Positions 17,971 through 27,961 of a DNA stretch of 32,000 nucleotides are shown here, in pieces. The notes under the pieces were generated by a model. It was not told the origin of the DNA and did no database searches. It worked only from the letters and a program-made list of their open reading frames with translations. The position numbers and the translations under genes were made by a program. The first letter of the stretch is position 1. Each line of letters begins with the position of its first letter. The DNA comes from Mycobacterium tuberculosis H37Rv (GTDB lineage Bacteria > Actinomycetota > Actinomycetes > Mycobacteriales > Mycobacteriaceae), in contig NC_000962.3 in the NCBI RefSeq assembly GCF_000195955.2, positions 2,070,001 to 2,102,000 of the forward strand, written 5' to 3'.

Positions 17971-19518
17971 CTATCCCCCGGGGGACCCGTTCTGGCCGGC
18001 CAGCGTTCCGCCCGTACCGCCGCTGCCGCCCGGCCCGCCAGAGTCGCCGGGCCCACCGTCGCCGCCGTCGCCGATCAACTGGGCGTAGCCGCCGTTACCG
18101 CCGGTGCCGGGGGTGCCGTCCCCGCTGACGCCGGCGGCGCCGCCATTGCCACCGTTGCCGATCAACCCGGCCGTGCCGCCGTTACCCCCGGTGCCGCCGG
18201 CGCCGGTGACGGGTACCGCGACTGAGGGAATCTGGGTTGGCCCACCGGAGCCGCCGGCGCCACCGTTGCCGACCAGCAGCGCGCCGTTGCCTCCGTTCCC
18301 GCCACTGCCACCGCCGGGGGCGAAGACGCCGGTACCGGCGGACCCGGCGCCTCCGGCGCCACCGTTGCCGATCAGCCCGACGGCGTTGCCGCCGTCGCCG
18401 CCGTGGCCTCGGAGAAAGCCGTCGGTTTGCACGCTGTTGCCGCCGTCGCCGCCGTTGCCGATCAGCGTCCCGCCGGTGCCGCCGTCGCCGCCGTTGCCAT
18501 CGAAGAAGCTGAACCCGCCGTTACCGCCGTCGCCGAACATCCCGGCGTTACCGCCGGTACCACCGTCGCTGAAACCTTGCAGGGTGCTGCCTCCGGAACC
18601 GCCGTCGCCGTACAGCCACCCGCCGTTGCCGCCGTTGCCGCCGTTGCCGATGCCGGTGGGGGCGGCACCGACGGAGCCGCCGTCGCCCCCGTTGCCGATC
18701 AGCCGGGCGTCACCGCCCGCTCCGCCGTCGGCGGCTCCCGATGGGACATTGCCGCCGTTGCCGCCGTTGCCGTACAGCAGTCCGCCGGTGCCGCCGGTGC
18801 CGCCGGCCCCGCCCGCGAAGCCGGCCTTGCCGAGCCCGCCGGCCCCGCCGGCCCCGCCATGGCCGAACAGCCCGACGGCGGCTCCACCGGGCCCGCCGAT
18901 CCCACCGGTAGCGCCGACGGGTCCGGTACCGAGTCCGCCGGCACCGCCGTTGCCGCCGTCGCCGAAGAGCAGTCCGCCGACCCCGCCGGCACCACCGGCA
19001 AGGCCGGTCGCCCCGGGCCCGCCGATGCCACCGTTGCCGCCGTTGCCGATCAACCCTGCATCCCCACCGGCGCCGCCGGGCTGGCCGATCCCGCCGTTGC
19101 CGCCGTTGCCGCCGTTGCCGTACAGCAACCCGCCGGGCCCGCCGGGCTGTCCCGGCGCGCCATTGGCGCCATCACCGATCAACGGGCGGCCGAACAACGC
19201 CTGAAACGGCCCGTTGAGCACGTCCAGCGCGGCGGCGTCCGCCGCCTCGGCACCGGCATAGGCCCCCGCGCCGGCGGTCATGGCATGCACAAACTGCTCG
19301 TGAAACAGCGCCGCCTGCGCACTCAATGCCTGATAGGCCTGGGCGTGCGCGCCGAACAAATCCGCAACAGCCGCCGACACCTCATCGGCGCCCGCGGCCA
19401 GCACCCCCATCGTGGGCACGGCCGCAGCCGCATTCGCCGCGCCGATCGCCGACCCGATGCCGGCCAAATCCGACGCCGCCGCCACCACCACTTCTGGGGC
19501 CGCCACCACAAACGACAT
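17971..19518 (-). CDS. PE_PGRS34: PE_PGRS family protein
   Basis: 515 aa with an N-terminal PE domain ([33 protein letters not shown]...). The rest is Gly-Gly-Ala/Gly-Gly-Asn repeats. SD GAGGAG lies upstream of the ATG. Confidence 0.95.
   Translation of the reverse strand: MSFVVAAPEVVVAAASDLAGIGSAIGAANAAAAVPTMGVLAAGADEVSAAVADLFGAHAQAYQALSAQAALFHEQFVHAMTAGAGAYAGAEAADAAALDVLNGPFQALFGRPLIGDGANGAPGQPGGPGGLLYGNGGNGGNGGIGQPGGAGGDAGLIGNGGNGGIGGPGATGLAGGAGGVGGLLFGDGGNGGAGGLGTGPVGATGGIGGPGGAAVGLFGHGGAGGAGGLGKAGFAGGAGGTGGTGGLLYGNGGNGGNVPSGAADGGAGGDARLIGNGGDGGSVGAAPTGIGNGGNGGNGGWLYGDGGSGGSTLQGFSDGGTGGNAGMFGDGGNGGFSFFDGNGGDGGTGGTLIGNGGDGGNSVQTDGFLRGHGGDGGNAVGLIGNGGAGGAGSAGTGVFAPGGGSGGNGGNGALLVGNGGAGGSGGPTQIPSVAVPVTGAGGTGGNGGTAGLIGNGGNGGAAGVSGDGTPGTGGNGGYAQLIGDGGDGGPGDSGGPGGSGGTGGTLAGQNGSPGG
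17974..19190 (-). repeat. PGRS polymorphic GC-rich repetitive coding sequence
   Basis: About 1.2 kb of degenerate GGCGGNGGN-type triplet repeats encodes GGAGG/GGNGG. It creates long spurious Pro/Ala-rich ORFs on the opposite strand. Confidence 0.85.
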
Positions 19519-19647
19519 GACGCGCTCCTCACGGGACCGGGTGCGCAGTCCCAGCGGTTACAGCGTATTGACGTCCCGCCACCACGTCCGGCGTTCGGGC
19601 CAACTGATCCGAAACGATTGTCAGCGGCAGCAGCCCCCGATTACGCT

Positions 19648-19667
19648 CGGTGTCCCGTCAGACACCG
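19648..19667 (-). terminator. hairpin after the Rv1841c-like gene (terminator candidate)
   Basis: CGGTGTC-CCGTCA-GACACCG forms a 7-bp stem and 6-nt loop, 14 nt beyond the stop codon of the minus-strand gene. There is no U tail. Confidence 0.3.
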
Positions 19668-19680
19668 ATCCCTGCGTCAG

Positions 19681-20718
19681 TCAACGATGCGTCCCGTCGC
19701 GCATGGTGCCAACCAGGTCCTCCACCACGTCCTCCAGCGCCACCATCCCCACGACAGAACCGTTGTCGGCGGTTACCAAGGCCAGATGGCTGTTGATGCG
19801 CCGCATCCGCGACAGGGCGTCGGCCAGCGGCAACGATTGGGGAACCCGCGGCAGCGGGCGCACAACGGCCAGATCGATCACGGTTTGCGGATTGTCACCG
19901 AGGGTCAGCACGTCCTTGATGTGCAGATATCCGATGAACCTTCCACCGCGATCCACCACCGGAAAGCGGGAGTAGCCGGTTTGCGCCAAGGCCTGTTCGA
20001 CCCCGCCGATGGTGGGCCCGGACCCTACCGCCGACACCTGCACTGCCCGAATGTTGACCAGCGGCACCGCGACATCGGCAACCAGGCGAGTTCGAATCCG
20101 AAGGGCTCGGGTTAGCCGCGTGTGCTCCTCGTGATCCAGCAGGCCTTCGGATAGCGATTCGGCGATCATCTCGGACAGTTCCGCAGTGGAGACGGCGATG
20201 TCGAGTTCATCCTTCGGCTGCACCCCAACCAGCCGCAGTATCGCGTTGGCGCAGTTGTTGTAGAACGCGATGAACGGCCGGGCGAGGCGCACGTAGACCA
20301 GGTACGGCGGGACCAGCAACATCGCTGTTCGCTCCGGACCAGCCAAAGCGATGTTCTTCGGCACCATCTCACCGAGCAGGACATGCAGCGCCACCACGAT
20401 CGCCAACGACAAGGTGTGCAGCAGCGCCGGCGGTACACCGCTCAGCCCGAACGACAGCTGTAGCAGCTTGACGACTGCCGGTTCGCCGACCCGGCCAAGC
20501 AGGATCGAGGACACCGTAACCCCCAGCTGTGCGCCGGTCAGCATCGCCGGGAGCTGTTCGCCCGCCCGGATCACGGTGACGGCAGTGGCCTTGCCCTGCT
20601 CGGCCAGCGCTTCGAGGCGGTCACGACGCGCCGAGATCAACGCGAATTCCGCGCCCACGAAGAACGCGTTGGCGCCGATCAGCAAAAGCGCCAGCAACAC
20701 CGCGGACAGCACATCCAT
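19681..20718 (-). CDS. DUF21 + CBS-pair membrane protein, CorC/CNNM family, lacking the C-terminal CorC_HlyC domain (Rv1841c-like)
   Basis: ATG at 20718 gives 345 aa. N-terminal DUF21 TM region ([27 protein letters not shown]), then a CBS pair. The protein ends right after the second CBS (ALEDVVEDLVG). The start overlaps the upstream stop (TGATG). Confidence 0.85.
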   Translation of the reverse strand: MDVLSAVLLALLLIGANAFFVGAEFALISARRDRLEALAEQGKATAVTVIRAGEQLPAMLTGAQLGVTVSSILLGRVGEPAVVKLLQLSFGLSGVPPALLHTLSLAIVVALHVLLGEMVPKNIALAGPERTAMLLVPPYLVYVRLARPFIAFYNNCANAILRLVGVQPKDELDIAVSTAELSEMIAESLSEGLLDHEEHTRLTRALRIRTRLVADVAVPLVNIRAVQVSAVGSGPTIGGVEQALAQTGYSRFPVVDRGGRFIGYLHIKDVLTLGDNPQTVIDLAVVRPLPRVPQSLPLADALSRMRRINSHLALVTADNGSVVGMVALEDVVEDLVGTMRDGTHR

Positions 20719-22085
20719 CAGCGGCCCCGCCCCGACCCGGGGTCGGCATGGCCGCCCATTTTGATCAACTCCAACAAGTCGATCCGGCGCCCGTCCATCT
20801 GGATCACGGTGGCTAACCACCGCATCGAGTCGTCGGGAAGTCCGTCCTGGTCCAAGGCAGTCAGCTCGACCGTTTCGCCGGCCACCGGGATGTGGCCGAG
20901 CTCTCGAAGCACCAACCCGCCGATCGTCTCGTACGGACCGTCGGGGGCTCGATAGCCGGTGGCGCTGGCCACCTCGTCGATGCGTAGCAGACCCGAGACC
21001 CGCCATCCGTTGCCGGCTGCCACCACATCCGGTGTCGCATCGTCGTGTTCGTCGCGGACGTCGCCCACGATCTCTTCGATCAAGTCCTCCAGGGTTACCA
21101 TGCCCGCGGTGCCGCCGTACTCGTCCACAACCATGGCGGTCTGTAGCGCACTGGCGCGGACCTGCGCCATCACCGCATCGCCGTCGAGCGTCGAGGGCAC
21201 CACCGCGACCGGCTCGGCGACCGTCGTTAGCAGCGTGTGCGCGCGATCGCCGGGCGGAACCTCGAACACCTGCTTGACGTGCACGATGCCGACGGTCGCA
21301 TCGAGATCTCCCTCGACCACCGGGAAGCGCGAGAATCCCGATGCGGCCGCGGCCGCAACCAGGTCGGCGATGGTGTCATCGGTCTGCAGCGCCACGATCT
21401 TCGACCGTGGCGTCATCAGCTCCTCGGCCGTCAGGGCGCCGAACTGCAGCGAGCGGCGCATCAGCCACGCCGTGGCGTCATCGAGTGCGCCGCTGCGCGC
21501 GGAACTACGCACCAACGACACCAGCTCCTGCGGTGTGCGAGCTGAGCGCAGCTCCTCGGCCGGCTCGATGCCAAGTCGACGCACGATCCAGTTCGCCGCT
21601 CCGTTCGTGAGACGGATGGCCGGGGTGAGCAGCAGTGAGAACAGCACCTGGCCGGCCACGACTGAGCGCGCGGTGCGCAGCGGGCGCGCCACCGCGAGAT
21701 ACTTGGGGACCAGCTCGCCGAAGACCATCGACAGCGATGTCACGATCACCAGGGCAAAAAACGTGATAAGACCGTCGGCCACCCGATCAGACATTCCGAC
21801 TGCGACCAGCCCAGGATGCGGTAGCTCGGCCACCAGCGGTTCGGTCAGGTAGCCGGTAGCCAAGGTGGTGATCGAGATACCCAACTGAGCACCCGAAAGC
21901 TGGAACGACAGCCGGTGGTGTGCGCGCTGGATGAAGCGGTCCCGACTGGTGCCGCCGCGGGCGTTGGCCTCCACGGTGCTGCGGTCCAGCGCGGTCAGCG
22001 AGAATTCGGCCGCGACGAACACCCCCGTGCCTGCGGTGAGCGCCAAGATCGCCAGGATGGTGGCGACGGTATCGGTGAGGTTCAC
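20718..22085 (-). CDS. DUF21 + CBS-pair + CorC_HlyC membrane protein, CorC/CNNM family (Rv1842c-like)
   Basis: 455 aa from GTG 22085. DUF21 region ([18 protein letters not shown]), CBS pair, and a CorC_HlyC-type C-terminus ([13 protein letters not shown]...[24 protein letters not shown]...[10 protein letters not shown]). Confidence 0.85.
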
Positions 22086-22258
22086 GGGCGGCTCGGTCGT
22101 CGCGCTATATCGGGCCGAGCCAGTACCGGCCGCTCGCCTGGAAAACCGACGGTGTGGACGGGTGCCCGCGGCACGTCATCCCTTTCGCTCGCAACCGCGC
22201 AGCGCGATACTGCGGGTTTGAAGTACACATCGTAGCGAGATAGCTCGTGGCGCCAGCT

Positions 22259-23698
<1,440 letters not shown>

Positions 23699-23730
23699 TT
23701 ACCCCTTTACCCCCTTTTAGTTCTAGCCCG

Positions 23731-25188
23731 CTACACCGGTACTTCGGTGCGGTCTGAACTCCATAGTGTGTGGAACTTGCCTGGTTCGTCGATCCGGCCG
23801 TAGGTGTGTGCGCCGAAGAAGTCGCGCTGGGCCTGGGTGAGTGCAGCGGGCAGCCGCGCGGTGCGCAGCGCGTCGTAATACGACAGGGCCGACGAGAATC
23901 CCGGGGTCGGGATACCCAGTTGGGCCGCCGTCGACACCACACGCCGCCAACTGTCGATCGCCGATTCGACGGCGCCGCGGAAATACGGGGCCACAATCAG
24001 ACTGGCCAGGTTCGGGCTGGCGTCAAAGGCTTCCTTGATGTGGTTGAGGAACTTCGCCCGGATGATGCAGCCGCCACGCCAGATGGTGGCCAGGTCGCCC
24101 GGCGTGATGTCCCAGCCGAATTCGGCGCTGCCGGCCTGGATCTGGTTGAAGCCCTGAGCGTAGGCCACGATCTTGGAGGCGTACAACGCCTGGCGGACGT
24201 CTTCGGTGAACGTGGCGGGGTCGGCGGGCTGCTCGCCGAGCTTGCCCGAAGCCAGACCGCTGGCGGCCGAGCGTTGCCCCACGGATCCCGAGAGAGCGCG
24301 GGCAAACACCGCTTCGGCGATGCCGGTCACCGGCACACCCAGGTCCAGCGCGGACTTGACGGTCCAACGGCCGGTGCCTTTCTGCTCGGCCCGGTCCACG
24401 ATGACGTCGACGAGCGGTTTGCCGGTCTTGGCATCGGTCTGCCGCAGCACCTCGGCGGTGATCTCGACCAGGTAGCTGTCCAGATCGCCATTGTTCCACT
24501 CGGTGAACACATCGGCGATCGCCGGCGCGGTCAGACCTAGCCCGTCGCGCATCAGCTGGTAGGCCTCACCGATGAGCTGCATGTCGGAGTACTCGATGCC
24601 GTTGTGGACCATCTTGACGAAGTGCCCGGAGCCGTCCGGGCCAATGTGGGTGCAGCACGGCACGCCGTCGACATGCGCGGAGATCTCCTCGAGCAGCGGA
24701 CCCAGCGATTGGTATGACTCGGCGGGTCCGCCGGGCATGATCGACGGCCCGTTCAACGCGCCCTCTTCGCCGCCGGAGATCCCGGCCCCGACGAAGTGCA
24801 AGCCCCGCTCACGCATCGCTTTCTCGCGGCGCATGGTGTCGGTGTACAACGCATTGCCGCCGTCGATGATGATGTCGCCGGGTTCCATGGCGTCAGCAAG
24901 TTCGTTGATGACAGCGTCAGCGTCAGTGGCCTCTCCGGCCTTGACCATGATCAGCACCCGACGCGGTTTTTCCAGTGCGGCAAGAAATTCGGGGATCGTT
25001 TCACTGCGCACGAACTTGCCGTCTGAGCTGTGCTCCTTAAGCAGCGCGTCGGTCTTGGCGACCGACCGATTGTGCACTGCCACGGTGTAGCCGTGCCGGG
25101 CGAAGTTTCGGGCGATGTTGGAACCCATCACGGCCAGGCCAGTGACGCCGATCTGCGCGATGCCGGCTGGCGATTCCGACGAACTCAT
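23731..25188 (-). CDS. gnd1: 6-phosphogluconate dehydrogenase (decarboxylating)
   Basis: ATG at 25188 gives 485 aa. Rossmann motif IGVTGLAVMGSNIARN and the conserved 6PGDH core (KMVHNGIEY, GTGRWT). Confidence 0.95.
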   Translation of the reverse strand: MSSSESPAGIAQIGVTGLAVMGSNIARNFARHGYTVAVHNRSVAKTDALLKEHSSDGKFVRSETIPEFLAALEKPRRVLIMVKAGEATDADAVINELADAMEPGDIIIDGGNALYTDTMRREKAMRERGLHFVGAGISGGEEGALNGPSIMPGGPAESYQSLGPLLEEISAHVDGVPCCTHIGPDGSGHFVKMVHNGIEYSDMQLIGEAYQLMRDGLGLTAPAIADVFTEWNNGDLDSYLVEITAEVLRQTDAKTGKPLVDVIVDRAEQKGTGRWTVKSALDLGVPVTGIAEAVFARALSGSVGQRSAASGLASGKLGEQPADPATFTEDVRQALYASKIVAYAQGFNQIQAGSAEFGWDITPGDLATIWRGGCIIRAKFLNHIKEAFDASPNLASLIVAPYFRGAVESAIDSWRRVVSTAAQLGIPTPGFSSALSYYDALRTARLPAALTQAQRDFFGAHTYGRIDEPGKFHTLWSSDRTEVPV

Positions 25189-25217
25189 GTCCTGCCTTTC
25201 AGTTGGGCCCGGCTTCG

Positions 25218-26168
25218 CTAGGCGATGAACAGCCGCTGCAGCTGCGTGAGCCACGGTACGGCCAGCGCGACGGTGGGCACCACCAGGACGGCGGCCGCAG
25301 CTAGATATGCGGCCGCGGACAGAACCGCGCTATTTCCACGCCCCGACAGCCGGCGCACGCGGAGCACCGTGCTGGGACCTCCGACGGCCAACGCACCCGA
25401 CGGCGCCCGCCCGGACGCACAGGCGACCAATGCCCGAGCCAGGGGAGTGCGCCCGGCGGCGCGCACCGCGGCGTCATCGGCCAGGAGCTCGACGAGTAGC
25501 TGCACCGCCCCCAGCGCATTGGCGCTGCGGACCAACCGCGGGAAAGCCGCGTGCACCGCGGTAAACGCCTCCAGGACAAGATCGTGGCGGGCGCGTAGAT
25601 GAGCCCGCTCATGGGTAAGGATCGCCGCGACCTCGGCGTCGGCGAGCGCGGTCAGTGTGCCTTCGCTGACCACAACCCGGCTACGCACACCGGGCAGACA
25701 GTAGGCAAGGGGCTGCGCGACGTCCAAGACCCGAAGGTCGCGGGCCCGCGCGCACGGCTGGGCAAGCGCGCCATTGTGTCCGACCCCGACGAGATCGACC
25801 ACCATGCGGTGGTGTGCCCGTCGTCGTCGCGTGGCGGTGGCGACGCGCACCACGGCGACCGCCAGCCGGGCACCGACCAGCACAGTCAACGCAAAGACGG
25901 TGATGTAGGCCGCCCACAGCGGCCAGCCGAGGCGGCCGGCCGCGCCGACGAAGCTGGTCGTAGGGCGTCCGTCGGGACCGGGCATGAGCAGCCTGCTAGC
26001 GATCGCGATTCCGGCGCTGAACGACGACAGCACCGCGGCCAGGGCAATCGCCTGCCACAGCACCATGGCGGCGCGCGGTGCGCGCAGTGGCCACGTTGCC
26101 CGGGCTAGCAGGGCTGGGGTCGGGCCAGCCAGCAGCACCGCGAGGATGGTGAAGGCCAGCGCGGACAC
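25218..26168 (-). CDS. blaR: BlaR1-like M56/M48 membrane zinc metalloprotease, no extracellular sensor domain
   Basis: GTG at 26168 gives 316 aa. Multiple TM helices and an HEXXH motif (ILTHERAHLRARHD). It lies 14 bp downstream of blaI. Confidence 0.85.
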   Translation of the reverse strand: MSALAFTILAVLLAGPTPALLARATWPLRAPRAAMVLWQAIALAAVLSSFSAGIAIASRLLMPGPDGRPTTSFVGAAGRLGWPLWAAYITVFALTVLVGARLAVAVVRVATATRRRRAHHRMVVDLVGVGHNGALAQPCARARDLRVLDVAQPLAYCLPGVRSRVVVSEGTLTALADAEVAAILTHERAHLRARHDLVLEAFTAVHAAFPRLVRSANALGAVQLLVELLADDAAVRAAGRTPLARALVACASGRAPSGALAVGGPSTVLRVRRLSGRGNSAVLSAAAYLAAAAVLVVPTVALAVPWLTQLQRLFIA

Positions 26169-26182
26169 GCCGTTAGTCTCCC

Positions 26183-26599
26183 TCAAGTCTCCGTTGCCGC
26201 GCCAGCCGGTGGCCGATTGCCATGACCGGCTTCCAATTCGGCGAGCGCACGTCGTAGCGCATCCGCCTCGTCGGCACCGACTCGCTCGACGAAGTGCACC
26301 AGCGCGGCTTGCCTGCTGCCGGAGTCCTCGGCCTGAGCCAATGCATCGACCATCAGCCCGGCGACCAATTCGTCGCGGCCGTGCACGGGAGCGTAGCGGT
26401 GGGCTCGATCGTCGCGGATCTGCAGCACGAGGTTCTTCTTTGCCAACCGTTGCAGCACGGTCATCACCGTCGTGTAGGCAAGGTCGCGGCGCGCCGACAA
26501 CGCTTCGTGGACTTGGCGAACGGTTTGGGGTTCCGTCCTGGACCACAAATGGTCCATGACCGCGCGTTCCAAATCCCCCAACCGTGTCAGCTTGGCCAT
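26183..26599 (-). CDS. blaI: BlaI/MecI/CopY-family winged-helix transcriptional repressor
   Basis: 138 aa with a typical penicillinase-repressor N-terminus (LGDLERAVMDHLW......TVRQVHEAL......AYTTVMTVLQRLAKK.LV). Confidence 0.92.
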   Translation of the reverse strand: MAKLTRLGDLERAVMDHLWSRTEPQTVRQVHEALSARRDLAYTTVMTVLQRLAKKNLVLQIRDDRAHRYAPVHGRDELVAGLMVDALAQAEDSGSRQAALVHFVERVGADEADALRRALAELEAGHGNRPPAGAATET

Positions 26600-26642
26600 T
26601 GTTCGTTCATCTCCTGCGGGTTGAAACCAGCGTACTCCGGCT

Positions 26643-26659
26643 TACTACTCGCTGTCGTA
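26643..26659. promoter_or_regulatory. BlaI-type operator (inverted repeat TACTAC-N5-GTCGTA)
   Basis: TACTAC (26643-26648) and GTCGTA (26654-26659) are inverted TAC(T/G)AC half-sites with a 5-bp spacer, 44-60 nt upstream of the blaI ATG. The pattern resembles reported BlaI/MecI operators. Confidence 0.5.
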
Positions 26660-26731
26660 TCCAAACCGGCGGGCGGCCGTACCGGGCCTATGCACCCGGC
26701 TCGCAAACATTACACGCTAACGCTTGCTAAA

Positions 26732-26750
26732 TTAGGGCAGCCTTGCCTAT
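26732..26750. promoter_or_regulatory. IdeR iron-box-like site overlapping a -10 element (TATCAT, 26748-26753)
   Basis: TTAGGGCAGCCTTGCCTAT matches 13 of 19 positions of the iron-box consensus TTAGGTTAGGCTAACCTAA. Its 3' end overlaps a TANNNT -10 hexamer on the + strand. Confidence 0.4.
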
Positions 26751-26759
26751 CATTACTTC

Positions 26760-26866
26760 GTCGAGCCACAACGACCGCGGCCGAGTCCTGAGGGCTGCAG
26801 TGACCCCCGGTCGACTCGATCGGCGAGCCCCGTGCCTTGGTGCACGGGGCTCGCCCGTTGGTGTAG
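26760..26866 (+). ncRNA. mrsI: probable small RNA (MrsI / ncRv11846-like), ends approximate
   Basis: The candidate promoter (TATCAT) predicts a start near 26760. A perfect 14-bp stem (GGCGAGCCCCGTGC 26822-26835 with GCACGGGGCTCGCC 26842-26855, loop CTTGGT) is followed by CGTTGGTGT, predicting an end near 26866, for about 105 nt. An iron-responsive sRNA is reported between blaI and Rv1847. Confidence 0.5.
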
Positions 26867-26876
26867 ACACAAGGAC

Positions 26877-27299
26877 GTGCAGCCATCGCCGGACTCACCC
26901 GCTCCGCTGAATGTCACCGTGCCGTTCGACAGCGAGTTGGGTTTGCAATTCACCGAACTGGGTCCCGACGGGGCCCGAGCGCAGCTCGACGTCCGGCCCA
27001 AGTTGTTGCAGCTGACGGGCGTCGTGCACGGCGGTGTCTACTGCGCGATGATCGAGAGCATCGCCAGCATGGCAGCCTTTGCCTGGCTCAATTCGCACGG
27101 CGAAGGCGGGAGTGTGGTCGGCGTTAACAATAATACGGATTTCGTGCGCTCCATCAGCTCAGGGATGGTGTATGGCACCGCCGAACCGCTGCATCGGGGT
27201 CGGCGGCAACAGCTGTGGCTGGTCACCATCACCGACGACACCGACCGGGTGGTCGCCCGCGGCCAAGTGCGGCTGCAGAACCTCGAGGCGCGGCCTTAA
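26877..27299 (+). CDS. PaaI/hotdog-fold thioesterase (Rv1847-like)
   Basis: GTG at 26877 gives 140 aa with a PaaI-type motif (TGVVHGGVYCAMIESIAS). Confidence 0.85.
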   Translation: MQPSPDSPAPLNVTVPFDSELGLQFTELGPDGARAQLDVRPKLLQLTGVVHGGVYCAMIESIASMAAFAWLNSHGEGGSVVGVNNNTDFVRSISSGMVYGTAEPLHRGRRQQLWLVTITDDTDRVVARGQVRLQNLEARP

Positions 27300-27347
27300 C
27301 CCGCTCGAAACCGTTGAACCTGCCGCGGCGTGGCAGGATCGCAGAGC

Positions 27348-27650
27348 ATGCGCCTGACGCCGCACGAACAGGAGCGTTTGCTGTTGTCCTACGCCGCCGA
27401 GTTGGCCCGCCGGCGTCGGGCCCGCGGCCTGCGCCTCAATCATCCGGAAGCCATCGCGGTGATCGCCGACCACATCCTGGAAGGCGCGCGTGACGGCCGC
27501 ACCGTCGCAGAGTTGATGGCATCCGGGCGTGAGGTGCTCGGCCGTGACGATGTGATGGAGGGAGTGCCGGAGATGCTCGCCGAGGTACAGGTGGAGGCGA
27601 CGTTTCCGGACGGCACCAAGTTGGTCACCGTGCATCAGCCGATCGCATGA
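27348..27650 (+). CDS. ureA: urease gamma subunit
   Basis: 100 aa, canonical [13 protein letters not shown]...HPEAIA.I sequence. Confidence 0.95.
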
Positions 27651-27961
27651 TTCCCGGAGAAATCTTTTACGGCAGTGGTGATATCGAGATGAACGCCGCG
27701 GCACTCTCCCGCCTGCAGATGCGGATCATCAACGCCGGCGATCGTCCGGTGCAGGTCGGTAGCCACGTCCATCTCCCGCAGGCCAATCGGGCGCTGTCAT
27801 TCGACCGTGCGACGGCCCACGGCTACCGTCTGGACATCCCGGCGGCGACAGCGGTGCGCTTCGAGCCGGGCATTCCCCAAATCGTCGGGTTGGTTCCGTT
27901 GGGCGGACGGCGCGAGGTACCCGGTCTGACGCTAAATCCGCCCGGACGGTTGGACCGCTGA
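27647..27961 (+). CDS. ureB: urease beta subunit
   Basis: 104 aa, MIPGEI...[13 protein letters not shown]. The start overlaps the ureA stop (ATGA). Confidence 0.95.

Noticed and set aside
18104-20115. Long plus-strand ORFs (366 aa Pro-rich PPLPP; 570 aa Ala/Val-rich) opposite PE_PGRS34
   Set aside because: They are the reverse-complement reading of GGN-codon repeats (GCC/CCG codons). There is no start context, and they overlap a gene with a clear PE domain and SD.
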